Below, piece by piece: positions 20,806 through 30,940 of a stretch of DNA of 64,000 nucleotides. A program made the position numbers and the translations under genes. The notes below the pieces were generated by a model that saw only the letters and a list, made by a program, of their open reading frames with translations, had not been told where the DNA came from and ran no database searches. How positions within the stretch are numbered: the first letter of the stretch is position 1; every line of letters begins with the position of its first letter. Source of the stretch: an uncultured Dehalococcoidia bacterium (lineage in GTDB: Bacteria; Chloroflexota; Dehalococcoidia; Lucifugimonadales; UBA3495); contig CATMOE010000005.1 in assembly GCA_950072105.1 (NCBI GenBank), forward strand, positions 1-64,000, given 5' to 3'.

Positions 20806-21450
20806 TTGAGCCTTCCGTGGCGGGATGATGCTATGACCTTACCTATTCGAGGTGGTGGGCGGGGGGCCGGAGTTCAACCGCCGGTCCCGAGAAGGATTTT
20901 CCACATCGCTGCCGGGTCAACCATCCCGATCGCGGGAATCTTCTTGCCCGAAAGCGTTATGGTGGCCGGATTGGGGATCCTGTCCGCCGGCGGCTTGGGG
21001 ATGGAGTTGACGCGGTTTAAGGTTGAGTGGTTTAACCAATGCCTGGTCCGGTGGTTCGCGCCTCTATTAAAGGCCGAAGAGGACCGACGGATCACCGGGG
21101 CGACCTACATGGTAATCGGCGGGTTGATCGCCTTTTTGCTGTTCGACACGGTCGTAGCTGTTTCGGCGATGCTTTTTCTGGCGCTGGGAGATCCGGCCGC
21201 GGCGTTGGTAGGAAGGCGAATGCCAGGCCCCAGGCTGTTTGGCAAATCGCCCGTTGGAACAGCAGCTTTCTTAGCGGTCTCGCTATTAGTTGTGGCGGTT
21301 CTAGTGGGCAGCGGACGCTTCCCTTACCACTGGGCATTGTTGGTGGGAGGGGCGGTGGCCGCCTCAGTAGAGCTGGCGCCGGTGCCTCCGGACGACAACC
21401 TGACTATACCTCTCGCCGCCGGGGGAGCGATGCATCTTCTTGGAGCCTAG
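20806..21450 (+). CDS. Polyprenol/phytol kinase (cytidylyltransferase-like family) membrane protein
   Basis: RRIFH, TGATY, LALGDPAAALVGR, GKS..G, DDNLTIP. Start uncertain. Confidence 0.8.
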   Translation: MSLPWRDDAMTLPIRGGGRGAGVQPPVPRRIFHIAAGSTIPIAGIFLPESVMVAGLGILSAGGLGMELTRFKVEWFNQCLVRWFAPLLKAEEDRRITGATYMVIGGLIAFLLFDTVVAVSAMLFLALGDPAAALVGRRMPGPRLFGKSPVGTAAFLAVSLLVVAVLVGSGRFPYHWALLVGGAVAASVELAPVPPDDNLTIPLAAGGAMHLLGA

Positions 21451-22793
21451 CCCGCGCCGGAGAACTCCACTATCTCGGCTTGTTCCCTCTGGAATTTGAC
21501 GTAGGCGTCTTTCTTCATCGCCGGACGATGGCGGGCGAGGACTTCTTTGCCCGCGGCGCCCCCGTCCGCCAGCAAGTCTATGACTGTCATCGCCATGATT
21601 TTCGCCGGATTGACCACCGCGTTTTGATAGTCGGTGATGACATAATCCTTGCTGTGACCGGCCCCAACCGCTCCGCTGGTGTAGGGATGGCAGGCCGGGA
21701 TGATGTGGCTGAGGTCGCCCATGTCGGTGGAACCGCCCCGGTTGCGGCGGGGAGACATAACCAATATGGAAGACTCCCCCAAGAGGGCGGTGGCGTTCTT
21801 CCGGAACAATTCCTGAAGGGTGTTGTCGTGGCGCATGGGAAGATAACCGGGTATGTTGGTGATCTTAACCGAGGCGCCCACGGCCATGGCGCCTGCTTTA
21901 AAGCAGCGGTCAACTATCGCTGAGTTGCGCACCACCGCGTCGGGTGTACCAGAGCGGACACGCCACTCCAGCTTCACCTCAGCGGGTACGGCGCTGACCG
22001 CCTCTCCCCCTTTGGTCATTATTCCGTGGATGCGTACCGTGTCTTCTTCCTGGTAGAGTTCCCGGTTAGCGTTGATGGCTTGCAGGGCGAAGGTCGCGGC
22101 GTTCAAAGCGTTGATGCCACGGTGGGGCGCGCTGCCCGCGTGGGCGCCCCGGCCTAGGAACTGAACGTACTTCACTACGTGGCCGTTGCTGGTTCCGCCC
22201 ATGGCGAATTTACGCTCGCCCATGTCGCTGGCGGTGTGGCACATCACCGCCATGTCCACGTCGTCGAATTCGCCCAGCCGGATCAACTCCTGCTTGCCTC
22301 CTAGGAACTCCAGCTTGCCTTCGGTCCGCATCTGCAGCCTTCGCTCAACTTCGATGAACTCTTCGGCGGGCACGGCGAAGGGGACAACTTCCCCGTTCAA
22401 CTGCTCACGGACTTGGGGAGTTAACAAACCCATGGTTGCGCCCAGCATCATCCCGATCTGGCAATGGTGGCCGCAGGCATGGGCGGCGCTGGTTTCCGAG
22501 TCGGCGTGGGGATGCTCGCCAACCAGCAGAGAATCCAACTCTCCGATGATCGCTACTTTGGGGCCGGGTCCGGCTCCTCCGGCAAACCGACCTTTGACCC
22601 CGGTAATGGCCAGTCCCTGTTTGTGCTCTATACCAAGTTCGGTGAACTTTTTTGCAACTACTTGCGCCGTACGGACCTCGGAGAATCCCGGCTCAGGGTG
22701 GGCCAGGATATCCTGGGCGATGCCGATGATCTCGCTGGATTTCTCGTCGATGGCGGCGCAGGCCAATTCTTTCAGTCGATCAGTGCTTAACAT
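21447..22793 (-). CDS. M20-family amidohydrolase (paralog 2)
   Basis: PEPGF.E, GELDSL, HACGHHCQ, PAEE, GSTDMGD. Confidence 0.88.
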   Translation of the reverse strand: MLSTDRLKELACAAIDEKSSEIIGIAQDILAHPEPGFSEVRTAQVVAKKFTELGIEHKQGLAITGVKGRFAGGAGPGPKVAIIGELDSLLVGEHPHADSETSAAHACGHHCQIGMMLGATMGLLTPQVREQLNGEVVPFAVPAEEFIEVERRLQMRTEGKLEFLGGKQELIRLGEFDDVDMAVMCHTASDMGERKFAMGGTSNGHVVKYVQFLGRGAHAGSAPHRGINALNAATFALQAINANRELYQEEDTVRIHGIMTKGGEAVSAVPAEVKLEWRVRSGTPDAVVRNSAIVDRCFKAGAMAVGASVKITNIPGYLPMRHDNTLQELFRKNATALLGESSILVMSPRRNRGGSTDMGDLSHIIPACHPYTSGAVGAGHSKDYVITDYQNAVVNPAKIMAMTVIDLLADGGAAGKEVLARHRPAMKKDAYVKFQREQAEIVEFSGAG

Positions 22794-22797
22794 AATG

Positions 22798-24129
22798 CTA
22801 ATTGCTCTCGAAAGTTTCTTCCGACGCCATTTGGCGCATGAATTTCAAGTATTCTTCCTTGGTCATTTCGGGCCGGTGACCGGCGATGATATTTCCCGCG
22901 ATTGCGGCCCCGTCGCCCAGTAGGTCTACCGCGGTGGCCGTTAACGCTTTGGCCGCGGTGATCACCGCCAGCTTGTAATCCTCAATCACATAGTCCGCGC
23001 CGTGGCCAAGACCGGATGCCCCTCCGACGTATGGATGGATCACGGGCATCAACTGGCTAACGTCTCCCATGTCGGTGGAGCCGGTTCGGTGAGCCACGTG
23101 GCCAACGTTTTCCTTACCGACCAGATCATTGGAGTTTGCTTCGAAGATGTCGGCCATGTCCTGGTTCTGGGTCAAAGGCATGTAGCCCGGTATGGTTTGG
23201 ATCTTCACGTTGGCGCCCACTGCCATCGCGCCGGCCTTCAGCGCCCGGTCTACCTTCATGTTGGCGTCCATTATCGCTTCGATGGTGCGGCCGCGAACAA
23301 AAGTCTCCATGCGAACGTCGGCGGGTACTGCGCTAACCGCTTCCCCGCCCTTGGTTATGATTGGGTGTACCCGCACCGTATCGGCGTCTTGGAAGGTCTC
23401 CCGGTTGAAGTGAATGGCGGTCAATGCCAGCGTCGCCGCGTTCAGCGCGTTGATTCCCAGGTGAGGGGTGCCCCCGGCGTGGGCGCCACGGCCGATGAAC
23501 TGGATCTTCTTCGCTACTGTGCCGTTATTCGTCCCGCTTAGACACAACTGCTTCTCCGCCGGGGTACTGGTGGTGTGCAGCATCATCGCCAGGTTCACAT
23601 CGTCGAATTCGCCCAGCTTGATAAACTCCGGCTTGCCGCCGAGAAACTCGATCTTGCCCTCCCGGCGCAGCGAGTCCCGGTACTCGATCTCAATGTACTC
23701 TTCGGCGGGCACGGCCATAAATACCAGCCGGCCGCTGAGTTCTGACAAAACGCCCGACTGCATCAGGCCCAGCGCCGCGCCGTAAAGCATGCCGATCTGG
23801 CAATGGTGGCCGCAGGCGTGGGCGGCCCCGGTGGCTGCGTCCGCGTGGGGATGCTCACTGACGATCAATGAGTCCAACTCCCCTAGGATCGCCAGGGTCG
23901 GGCCGGCGGTGCCGCCGGTCAATTCACCCCGGACCCCGGTTATGGCCATGCCGCCCCGGAAGGGTATGCTCAACTCGGCAAACTTGCTGGTTATCAGATG
24001 GGAGGTCTTGGTTTCCCGGAACCCCGGTTCCGGGTTTTTCAGGATGGTCTGGGCCAGGCCCACAATTTCATCGGCCCGGTCGTCGATCGCCTGAAAGGCC
24101 AGCCTCTTCAGATCTTCTTTAGATGGCAT
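22798..24129 (-). CDS. M20-family amidohydrolase (paralog 1)
   Basis: Same motifs as the neighbouring paralog; ATG at 24129 with GGAAGGAG RBS. Confidence 0.88.
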   Translation of the reverse strand: MPSKEDLKRLAFQAIDDRADEIVGLAQTILKNPEPGFRETKTSHLITSKFAELSIPFRGGMAITGVRGELTGGTAGPTLAILGELDSLIVSEHPHADAATGAAHACGHHCQIGMLYGAALGLMQSGVLSELSGRLVFMAVPAEEYIEIEYRDSLRREGKIEFLGGKPEFIKLGEFDDVNLAMMLHTTSTPAEKQLCLSGTNNGTVAKKIQFIGRGAHAGGTPHLGINALNAATLALTAIHFNRETFQDADTVRVHPIITKGGEAVSAVPADVRMETFVRGRTIEAIMDANMKVDRALKAGAMAVGANVKIQTIPGYMPLTQNQDMADIFEANSNDLVGKENVGHVAHRTGSTDMGDVSQLMPVIHPYVGGASGLGHGADYVIEDYKLAVITAAKALTATAVDLLGDGAAIAGNIIAGHRPEMTKEEYLKFMRQMASEETFESN

Positions 24130-24207
24130 CCGAACTCCTTCCCTAATTGCTGCCAGGATTTTAGCAGAGGGCGGTAAGAATGGGTATACCTGTATAATGG
24201 GCGCGCC

Positions 24208-25359
24208 ATGACCCTGAAGATAGTGATCGCACCACAAAGTTTTAAAGGGAATATCTCTGCTTTAGAGGCGGCTCGGGCGATCGAACGGGGCGTGCTGACC
24301 GCGGAGCCTGATGCGCAAACCGTGTTGGCCCCGGTGGCCGATGGCGGCGACGGCACCCTGGACGCCTTGGTAGAGGGGACCGGCGGGCAGTATATCCGCA
24401 GCATTGTAACCGGGCCGTTAGGCCAGCCCGTGGAAGCTACTTGGGGTGTGATGGGGGATGGCCGGACCGCAGTGATTGAGATGGCCCAAGCATCTGGCTT
24501 GGCCATTGTGCCGCCCCGCCGCCGCAACCCTCGCATTACCACCACCAGGGGGACCGGGGAGATCATCAAAGAGGCGCTGGACAAGGGTTTCGATCACATA
24601 ATCGTTGGATTAGGGGGGAGCGCCACCAACGACGGTGGCGCCGCCATGGCGTCAGCCCTGGGAGCCCGGTTTCTGGACAGCAAAGGCCGGCCCCTTCCGG
24701 ACGGCGGGGCCGCTCTGGCCCGCTTGGACTGCATCGACGTTTCCAGGCTGGATCCCAGGTTAGCCGAGACCACTTTCGTCGCGGCTACGGATGTGACCAA
24801 TCCCTTGTGCGGTCCAACGGGTGCGTCGGCGATCTACGGTCCGCAAAAGGGCGCATCGGCGGAAGTGGTTGCCGAACTGGATGCCGCATTGCTGAATTTC
24901 GGAAATCTGATCCTCCGGGATCTCGCGAAAGATGTATCCAGCCAGCCTGGGGCAGGAGCGGCCGGTGGGATGGGCGCCGGGTTGATGGCGTTTGCCGGCG
25001 CCCAGATCCAGCCGGGAATCGACATGGTCTGCGATGTGCTGGGATTTGATTCCCACTTGGACGGCGCCAGTTTGGTGATCACCGGAGAGGGCGGGGCTGA
25101 CCGGTCGACCATTTTCAACAAAGCCCCGGTGGGGGTGGCCAGGCGGGCGTTGGCCAAGGGCGTTCCTACAATATTATTGGCCGGGACCCTGGGGCAAGGC
25201 CATGAGGAACTGTACGATCATGGCATCGCCGGCATAATCTGCATCGCCGACCGGCCCATGAATTTTGACCAGAGCCTGCGCCGCACCGGAGAGCTATTGG
25301 AAGCGGCGGCCCACCGGGCCATGCGGCTGATTGGGGTGGGTAGAGGGATGGGGGGATGA
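24208..25359 (+). CDS. glxK: Glycerate kinase
   Basis: KIVIAPQSFKG, PVADGGDGT, GLGGSATNDGG, DVTNPLCG, YGPQKGA. Confidence 0.93.
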   Translation: MTLKIVIAPQSFKGNISALEAARAIERGVLTAEPDAQTVLAPVADGGDGTLDALVEGTGGQYIRSIVTGPLGQPVEATWGVMGDGRTAVIEMAQASGLAIVPPRRRNPRITTTRGTGEIIKEALDKGFDHIIVGLGGSATNDGGAAMASALGARFLDSKGRPLPDGGAALARLDCIDVSRLDPRLAETTFVAATDVTNPLCGPTGASAIYGPQKGASAEVVAELDAALLNFGNLILRDLAKDVSSQPGAGAAGGMGAGLMAFAGAQIQPGIDMVCDVLGFDSHLDGASLVITGEGGADRSTIFNKAPVGVARRALAKGVPTILLAGTLGQGHEELYDHGIAGIICIADRPMNFDQSLRRTGELLEAAAHRAMRLIGVGRGMGG

Positions 25360-25361
25360 GG

Positions 25362-25622
25362 TTACTGCCGGTATGCTCGGCCTCTAGGCAGGATCCGCAG
25401 AACCACTATAATGCGGTCCGCCCGGTCCAGTTCGAAGCGCACCCGCCAGCCCCCGACCCGCAACCGCCACTCGTTATCTCTGCCTTGTAATTTGCTCAAG
25501 TCTCCCCGTGTTGGAAATTCAGTCAATGAATCGATGCTTGCCCGGATGCGACCTTGGTCCCGCGCCGACAGGTCTTTCAAGTCACGCTCTGCCCGGGACG
25601 TGACGACGATTCTCCACCGCAT
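25362..25622 (-). CDS. RelE/ParE-family toxin
   Basis: KLQG...WRLRVGGWRV.F, PRGRAY. Confidence 0.88.
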   Translation of the reverse strand: MRWRIVVTSRAERDLKDLSARDQGRIRASIDSLTEFPTRGDLSKLQGRDNEWRLRVGGWRVRFELDRADRIIVVLRILPRGRAYRQ

Positions 25623-25628
25623 AAATGT

Positions 25629-25880
25629 CTACTCGTTGTCCAGTTCTTTCCGGACCTCCTCCCAAGGACGGGTCTCCCCGCGGAGGTATTCTTGCCGGGC
25701 TTCGTGCACCAATGCCCGCTCCTCTTCGGTCTCCTCCTCGTCGTCCTCCGGCGCTTCCATGAAAGCGCGCAAGACGGGGTCACCCATGTTTCGCAGATAC
25801 TCTAGGTACCGCTTGGCCACGGGTAGTTCTTTTTTCGGTAGTTCGTCAACTAGCCGGTGGAGGTCTTCTTTGATAGTCAT
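25629..25880 (-). CDS. Putative acidic antitoxin
   Basis: Directly upstream of the RelE gene; LHRLVDELP, acidic tract, G....WEEVRKEL. Confidence 0.75.
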   Translation of the reverse strand: MTIKEDLHRLVDELPKKELPVAKRYLEYLRNMGDPVLRAFMEAPEDDEEETEEERALVHEARQEYLRGETRPWEEVRKELDNE

Positions 25881-25935
25881 GTTCCATGCCCCTTAGCCGT
25901 AGACCTTCATAAGCCCATTAACCATGTTAGCATCC

Positions 25936-26337
25936 CTACCCCAACCGTTGTCCGACGAAGTCAACTACGCCCTGGGCCAGTTCTATGGACCGGTCCGCGT
26001 CTATCCTGTCGAAGGCTTCGGACGAGGTGCCGCTGGGCAGATAGCTGGGGTACCGGGTGATCTCGTAGTACTTGTCCAGTTGCCGCGCCTCGCCTTTTAT
26101 CGTGTCGAAGAACATCTCGAATAGCTTGGCGTCCTCGCAAAGATCGATCAGGGAGTGGCCCCAAACGTCCTCGACGCCCCGGTGGTATAGGTACGCTTTG
26201 ACGGCCTTCTCCGCCGCCTGCTGGCCCATGAAACAGGCCATGTTGAACCGGCTGCCTTCCCGGAGAAAAGCGGCGTCGTCCATGTCTTGTCTTGCTTGTC
26301 GTAGCCAGCGAGCGCCTTCAGCCAAGTGATCAGGCAT
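25936..26337 (-). CDS. HEPN-domain protein
   Basis: [31 protein letters not shown]. Confidence 0.88.
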   Translation of the reverse strand: MPDHLAEGARWLRQARQDMDDAAFLREGSRFNMACFMGQQAAEKAVKAYLYHRGVEDVWGHSLIDLCEDAKLFEMFFDTIKGEARQLDKYYEITRYPSYLPSGTSSEAFDRIDADRSIELAQGVVDFVGQRLG

Positions 26338-26671
26338 TGAATATCACCCTTCCATTGTCGCAAGCCAGTTTCAGTGCTGGCAACGACTCGCGGTAAATCT
26401 CGAATTCCTCAGGGGTATAAACCTGGGTATCAACCGCCACACCGCTGTCGAGATGCCAGGAGAAAAAATCGGCCCGGCGTCCGAAGCACAGATCAGTTTT
26501 GTGGACGATGATGAGGTCGATCCGGCTATCGGGGGAGTAGTCTCCGGAAACCATATCGCCGGTCAGGATGACTTGCTCAACTCCCAGATTAGGCAGCATC
26601 GCTTCGATCCCTTCCAGTTCTTGTTCTAGCATCTGCTGCCTAAACTTGGTGAATCCCACTCGAACTGACAT
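26330..26671 (-). CDS. Minimal nucleotidyltransferase (MNT)-like protein with degenerate catalytic motif
   Basis: VILTGD..SG....[17 protein letters not shown]; overlaps the HEPN start. Confidence 0.75.
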   Translation of the reverse strand: MSVRVGFTKFRQQMLEQELEGIEAMLPNLGVEQVILTGDMVSGDYSPDSRIDLIIVHKTDLCFGRRADFFSWHLDSGVAVDTQVYTPEEFEIYRESLPALKLACDNGRVIFNA

Positions 26672-26682
26672 TGATTCTCCCT

Positions 26683-27426
26683 TTATCCCAACAATACCAG
26701 ATGGACTTCTTTGGGGCCGTGGACGCCTACCACCAAGGTCTGCTCGATGTCGGCGGTTCGGCTGGGTCCGGTGATGAAGTTCAAATAGCTTCCCATCTCG
26801 CCGCCCTTCTCGTGGTATTCCAACCGGCGCAGTAAGAACAGATCGTCCAAACTTTCTACCAGATCTTCCGGCCGAACCAAGGCCAGGTGTACCGGAGGCA
26901 CCACGGAAACCAGGCGGCTCATACCTTTGCGGGGCATAACGATCACCGAGCCGGTCTCGGCCACGGCGTAATCCGCGCCGGTGAGTCCAATATCGGCGGC
27001 GATTATAGAGGAACGCAAGAACTCCCTGGATCTGTCCGGGCCATGAGAAACGGTCGTCACGTTGATTCCGGTGGATTCTAGAGGCGCGTCCACCAGGATC
27101 TGGCCAAAAACTTCTTGGTCAGATCGAACCGCGTTCTTCACCCCTAGGGAATCAGCCAAGGACTGGATGTGGGCCATGGCGTTTTCCGGGTCCGAAGTAC
27201 GGTGCACGTTCCATCCCCGGACCTCAGCCACCTCGGCGAAACGGTCCAAAAGAGCCGGCCGGTTTTCGTTAATACGTGCCCGTATCCGCTGTGCTTCTTC
27301 TTGCAAAGATGACACGCCATCCAACAACCGCGGGTAGGCCGGGTCGGGGGCGGCCGGTTTCCTATCAAGAGACCGTCGCACCGAATCCAGAAACTCGGCC
27401 TTAGGAACGCCCAGCGACCGATCCAT
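26683..27426 (-). CDS. lutC: Lactate utilization protein C (LUD domain)
   Basis: AVAETGS, ITGPSRTADIEQTLVVGVHGP. Confidence 0.9.
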   Translation of the reverse strand: MDRSLGVPKAEFLDSVRRSLDRKPAAPDPAYPRLLDGVSSLQEEAQRIRARINENRPALLDRFAEVAEVRGWNVHRTSDPENAMAHIQSLADSLGVKNAVRSDQEVFGQILVDAPLESTGINVTTVSHGPDRSREFLRSSIIAADIGLTGADYAVAETGSVIVMPRKGMSRLVSVVPPVHLALVRPEDLVESLDDLFLLRRLEYHEKGGEMGSYLNFITGPSRTADIEQTLVVGVHGPKEVHLVLLG

Positions 27427-27427
27427 G

Positions 27428-28906
27428 TCAGTGGCCTTCCTTGTCTTTGGACAGTTCTTTTTTCCAGATGTCCCGGAATGTGTCTTTGGGCAGCTCCGGC
27501 AGGTCCCGCATCCGGGTCCAACGGGACAACAGGGGCAACGAAGCTTTGCGAATCATCCCGCCCTTTTTGGAAAATGGGAAGAAAGGCATGGCGGCCCAAA
27601 CGTTCTGCTTCCATCGGCCCAACTTGTGGGACGCCGATAGCAGAGCCGGACTCCGCATCACCCGGGTGTAACTCCCGGCCAGGAGATTGGGAACCAACCC
27701 CGCGGATCTCTCGCTGGGGTCGGGACTTTCGGCGCTTTTCTGTCTCAGGTGCAATAGCATGCGGGGAATATTGATGTTTACCGGGCAGACCTCCCGGCAC
27801 GCCCCGCACAGACTGGACGCCTGGGGCAGATCTTGCGCTTCCTTCAGCCCCACCAGAGACGGCGTGACGATCGCCCCGATCGGTCCTGGGTAAACCCACC
27901 CGTAGGCGTGGCCACCAACCTTCTGGTACACCGGGCAGATGTTCAGGCAAGCGCCACAGCGGATGCAGTAGAGTGCTTCCCGCAGGTCGGGGTCGGCCAG
28001 CATCTTGGACCGGCCGTTGTCCACGATGATCAAGTGGAACTCCTCCGGTCCGTCTTCGTCGTCGGCGCGCCGGGGGCCGGTGACCATACTCACGTAGCTG
28101 GTGATTCCCTGGCCGGTGGCCGACCGGGGCAGCAACCGGAGAAAGACGGCCAGGTCCTGCAATGAGGGAATCACCTTTTCCATGCCGGTGATACCGACGT
28201 GTATGCGCGGAGCCGAGGTGGATAACCGGCCGTTGCCTTCGTTGGTAATGATGACCAGAGTGCCGGTTTCGGCCACCAGGAAGTTAGCCCCGCTGATGCC
28301 CAGGTCTGCGAGAATGAACTTTTCTCGCAGGGCTAGTCTCGCCGCCGCCGCCAGCGCGTTGATGTCATCGTTATAGGGGATACCCAGTTTGTCGGTAAAG
28401 AGCTGAGCAACCTGCTCTTTGGTTTTGTGCAGTGCAGGGGCGACCAGGTGGAATGGAGTTTCTTCCGCCAACTGGATGATGTATTCGCCCAGGTCGGTTT
28501 CGTAGACGTCGACCCCTTGGGCCTCTAGCGCCGGGTTGAGGCTCAGTTCCTCGGACACCATGGACTTGCTTTTGGTTGCTACTTTGATGTTGCGGGTCCG
28601 CACCAGTTCGCCCATGATATCGTTTGCCTGAGCGGCGTCTTTGGCGAAGTGGACGTGCCCGCCGGCTTTGGTGACGTTCTGTTCTAGAAGGTCTAGGTAA
28701 TAATCAAGATGGTCCAGGGAATGAACCTTGATCCGGCGGGCCTCTTCCCGCCATTCGTCCCATATTTCCGGAGAGACTTCGTCGATGGCCGCTCGCCGGG
28801 CGGCATCAAATCCGGTACCTACTTGTCGCAACGCCCGGCGCAGTTGAGGATCGAGGATGGAAACTGCCGAAGCTTTAGAGAAATCCTTGGTTTTGATGTC
28901 GGCCAC
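27428..28906 (-). CDS. lutB: Lactate utilization Fe-S protein B
   Basis: KSKSM.SEE, ETDLGEYI, NEGN, CIRCGACLNICP, YPGPIG, SSLCGAC..VCP. Confidence 0.93.
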   Translation of the reverse strand: MADIKTKDFSKASAVSILDPQLRRALRQVGTGFDAARRAAIDEVSPEIWDEWREEARRIKVHSLDHLDYYLDLLEQNVTKAGGHVHFAKDAAQANDIMGELVRTRNIKVATKSKSMVSEELSLNPALEAQGVDVYETDLGEYIIQLAEETPFHLVAPALHKTKEQVAQLFTDKLGIPYNDDINALAAAARLALREKFILADLGISGANFLVAETGTLVIITNEGNGRLSTSAPRIHVGITGMEKVIPSLQDLAVFLRLLPRSATGQGITSYVSMVTGPRRADDEDGPEEFHLIIVDNGRSKMLADPDLREALYCIRCGACLNICPVYQKVGGHAYGWVYPGPIGAIVTPSLVGLKEAQDLPQASSLCGACREVCPVNINIPRMLLHLRQKSAESPDPSERSAGLVPNLLAGSYTRVMRSPALLSASHKLGRWKQNVWAAMPFFPFSKKGGMIRKASLPLLSRWTRMRDLPELPKDTFRDIWKKELSKDKEGH

Positions 28907-28967
28907 TGGTTAATTCCTCTTCGGGATGTTGGCTAATCACTTCCCGGACTGCCTGTATCCCATAGAT

Positions 28968-29720
28968 CTAGCTGTTAGAAGACTGGTCCTGGTCAAGCAC
29001 CTGGGCTAGATGCCGGACCTTTATATCCGAATCTTGCCGGCTTAGGCCCCCGCCGATCTGCATCAAACAGCCCATGTCGCAGGACACCAGGGTATCGGCG
29101 CCGGTGCTAACTACGTTCTCGACTTTATCGGCCAGCATCCCCTCGGAGATATGGGGAAACTTTATCGAGAACGCCCCACCGAAGCCGCAGCAAGTTTCCG
29201 CGCCGGGCAGATCCGTTAGTTCAAGGCCGGACACCGAACGAAGCAGGGTTTCGGGTTCGTCGCGTACCTCCATCTCCCGCAGCAGATGGCAACTGGGATG
29301 GTAGGTAGCGGTGCCCGAATAGGTGGAGCCCGTGTCTTCAACACCTAAGACGGATGTTAAAAACTGGGAGAACTCGTACACCTTCGAGGAAAGTAATTCG
29401 GCTTGCTTGAGCATCTTCGGGTCGTCACGGAACAGGTCTAGATAAAATACGCGCATCATGGCGGCGCAAGATCCGGAGGGCACCACCACATATTCGCTGT
29501 CTTTGAAGGTGTCCAGCACGCGGCGGGCCAAGGTCCGGGCTTTTTTGGAGTATCCAGCATTGTATAGGGGCTGGCCGCAGCAGGTTTGGTCCTCCTGGAA
29601 AGATACGTCCACACCCAACCGCCTCAAAACCCGTACAACACTGACCCCCACCTGGGGATAGAGTTGGTCGATGATGCAAGTGACGAACAGGTCCGCTTTT
29701 GGAGGCGAATTGGAGGACAA
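28968..29720 (-). CDS. lutA: Lactate utilization protein A (CCG domains)
   Basis: LFVTC..D, QTCCGQP, PSGSC, YHPSCH, CCGFGG.F. Start uncertain (TTG at 29720 chosen). Confidence 0.9.
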   Translation of the reverse strand: MSSNSPPKADLFVTCIIDQLYPQVGVSVVRVLRRLGVDVSFQEDQTCCGQPLYNAGYSKKARTLARRVLDTFKDSEYVVVPSGSCAAMMRVFYLDLFRDDPKMLKQAELLSSKVYEFSQFLTSVLGVEDTGSTYSGTATYHPSCHLLREMEVRDEPETLLRSVSGLELTDLPGAETCCGFGGAFSIKFPHISEGMLADKVENVVSTGADTLVSCDMGCLMQIGGGLSRQDSDIKVRHLAQVLDQDQSSNS

Positions 29721-29937
29721 TCGTTCACCCGGCTGCGCTGGATCGGCAGGGATAAGGTTAGCAGAGAGGCAGGATCGGGGCAACCTCGACTGGCGAAGCG
29801 GCGATTGGGTTGTGTTGGATGCCGCCACCGGAGATAATATCTGGGACCATGAAATCGCTCGGATACGACCTGGCATTCTAGTTGCCGGCGCTCTGGCCGA
29901 TAGATTTTGGCCAGGAAACTTTTTTTGAGGTAAGGAT

Positions 29938-30753
29938 ATGGATTGGGGAATGGCGAACCGGATGTCGCAACTGATTCAACCCGACGGCCATTGTGTGTTT
30001 ATGCCCATCGATCACGGGTATTTCCTTGGGCCGACCAGTAAATTGGAGCAACCAGGTAAGACGGTTGAGCCGCTTTTGCCTTATGCCGACGCTTTGTTCG
30101 TTACCAGGGGAGTGCTGCGCTCGGCCATCGACCCGGCCAACACGAAGCCTATCGTCCTGCGAGTGTCGGGGGGCACCAGCACGGTGGGCGCCGACCTGGC
30201 CAACGAAGGGATCACCACCTCCATCGAAGAAGCTATCCGGCTGAACGCCTCCGCTTTGGGCATCTCCCTCTTCATCGGCACCGAGTTCGAAAAGCAAAGT
30301 CTGCTGAACCTGGGCAAGCTGGTGGATGAGGGAGAAAAATACGGTATACCGATCATGGCGGTTACCGCGGTGGGAAAGGAGCTGGAGAAGCGGGATGCCC
30401 GTTACCTGGCCCTGTGCTGCCGCATCGCCGCCGAACTGGGGGCTAGGGTAGTGAAGACCTACTGGTGCGAGGATTTCGACCGGGTGGTCAACGGTTGCCC
30501 GGTGCCGGTCATCATGGCGGGCGGACCGCAAGCGGACACTGAGCGCGAGGTAATGGATTTCGTCCACGACGGGATGCAGAATGGGGCCATAGGCATAAAC
30601 CTGGGCCGCAACGTTTGGCAGAGCGAGCATCCAGTACCCATGATCAGGGCCTTACGCCACATCGTCCACGAAAACGCGTCGGTGAAAGAGGCTCAAGAGA
30701 TATTCGATAGCGCCAAGGCGGGGAACGGCCGGGTGGCCTCCGTTCCAGCGTAA
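29938..30753 (+). CDS. lsrF: LsrF-like thiolase / class I aldolase family
   Basis: MDWGM.NR, DHGYF.GPT, LRVSGG, RIAAELGA..VKTY, GRNVWQS. Confidence 0.88.
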   Translation: MDWGMANRMSQLIQPDGHCVFMPIDHGYFLGPTSKLEQPGKTVEPLLPYADALFVTRGVLRSAIDPANTKPIVLRVSGGTSTVGADLANEGITTSIEEAIRLNASALGISLFIGTEFEKQSLLNLGKLVDEGEKYGIPIMAVTAVGKELEKRDARYLALCCRIAAELGARVVKTYWCEDFDRVVNGCPVPVIMAGGPQADTEREVMDFVHDGMQNGAIGINLGRNVWQSEHPVPMIRALRHIVHENASVKEAQEIFDSAKAGNGRVASVPA

Positions 30754-30816
30754 CGGCCAAAGCTGCTGGTCGATGCATCGGCAGTTCAACACATTCATAT
30801 GTCCTGTGGGCGGTCG

Positions 30817-30861
30817 AAATCCCCCCAACCCCCCTTTATTAAAGGGGGGCGACGGGGATTT
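30817..30861. repeat. REP-like element (CCCCCTTT..AAAGGGGG type)
   Basis: Nested inverted repeats: aaatcccccc..cccccctttattaaaggggggc..ggggattt. Confidence 0.6.
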
Positions 30862-30940
30862 GCTTCGTTATGGGGGAAGTTGATCCACGGAAGCTGGCGC
30901 CACTTTGTTTTGGCAAGATTGTCTAAAGAGGTAATGTTCG

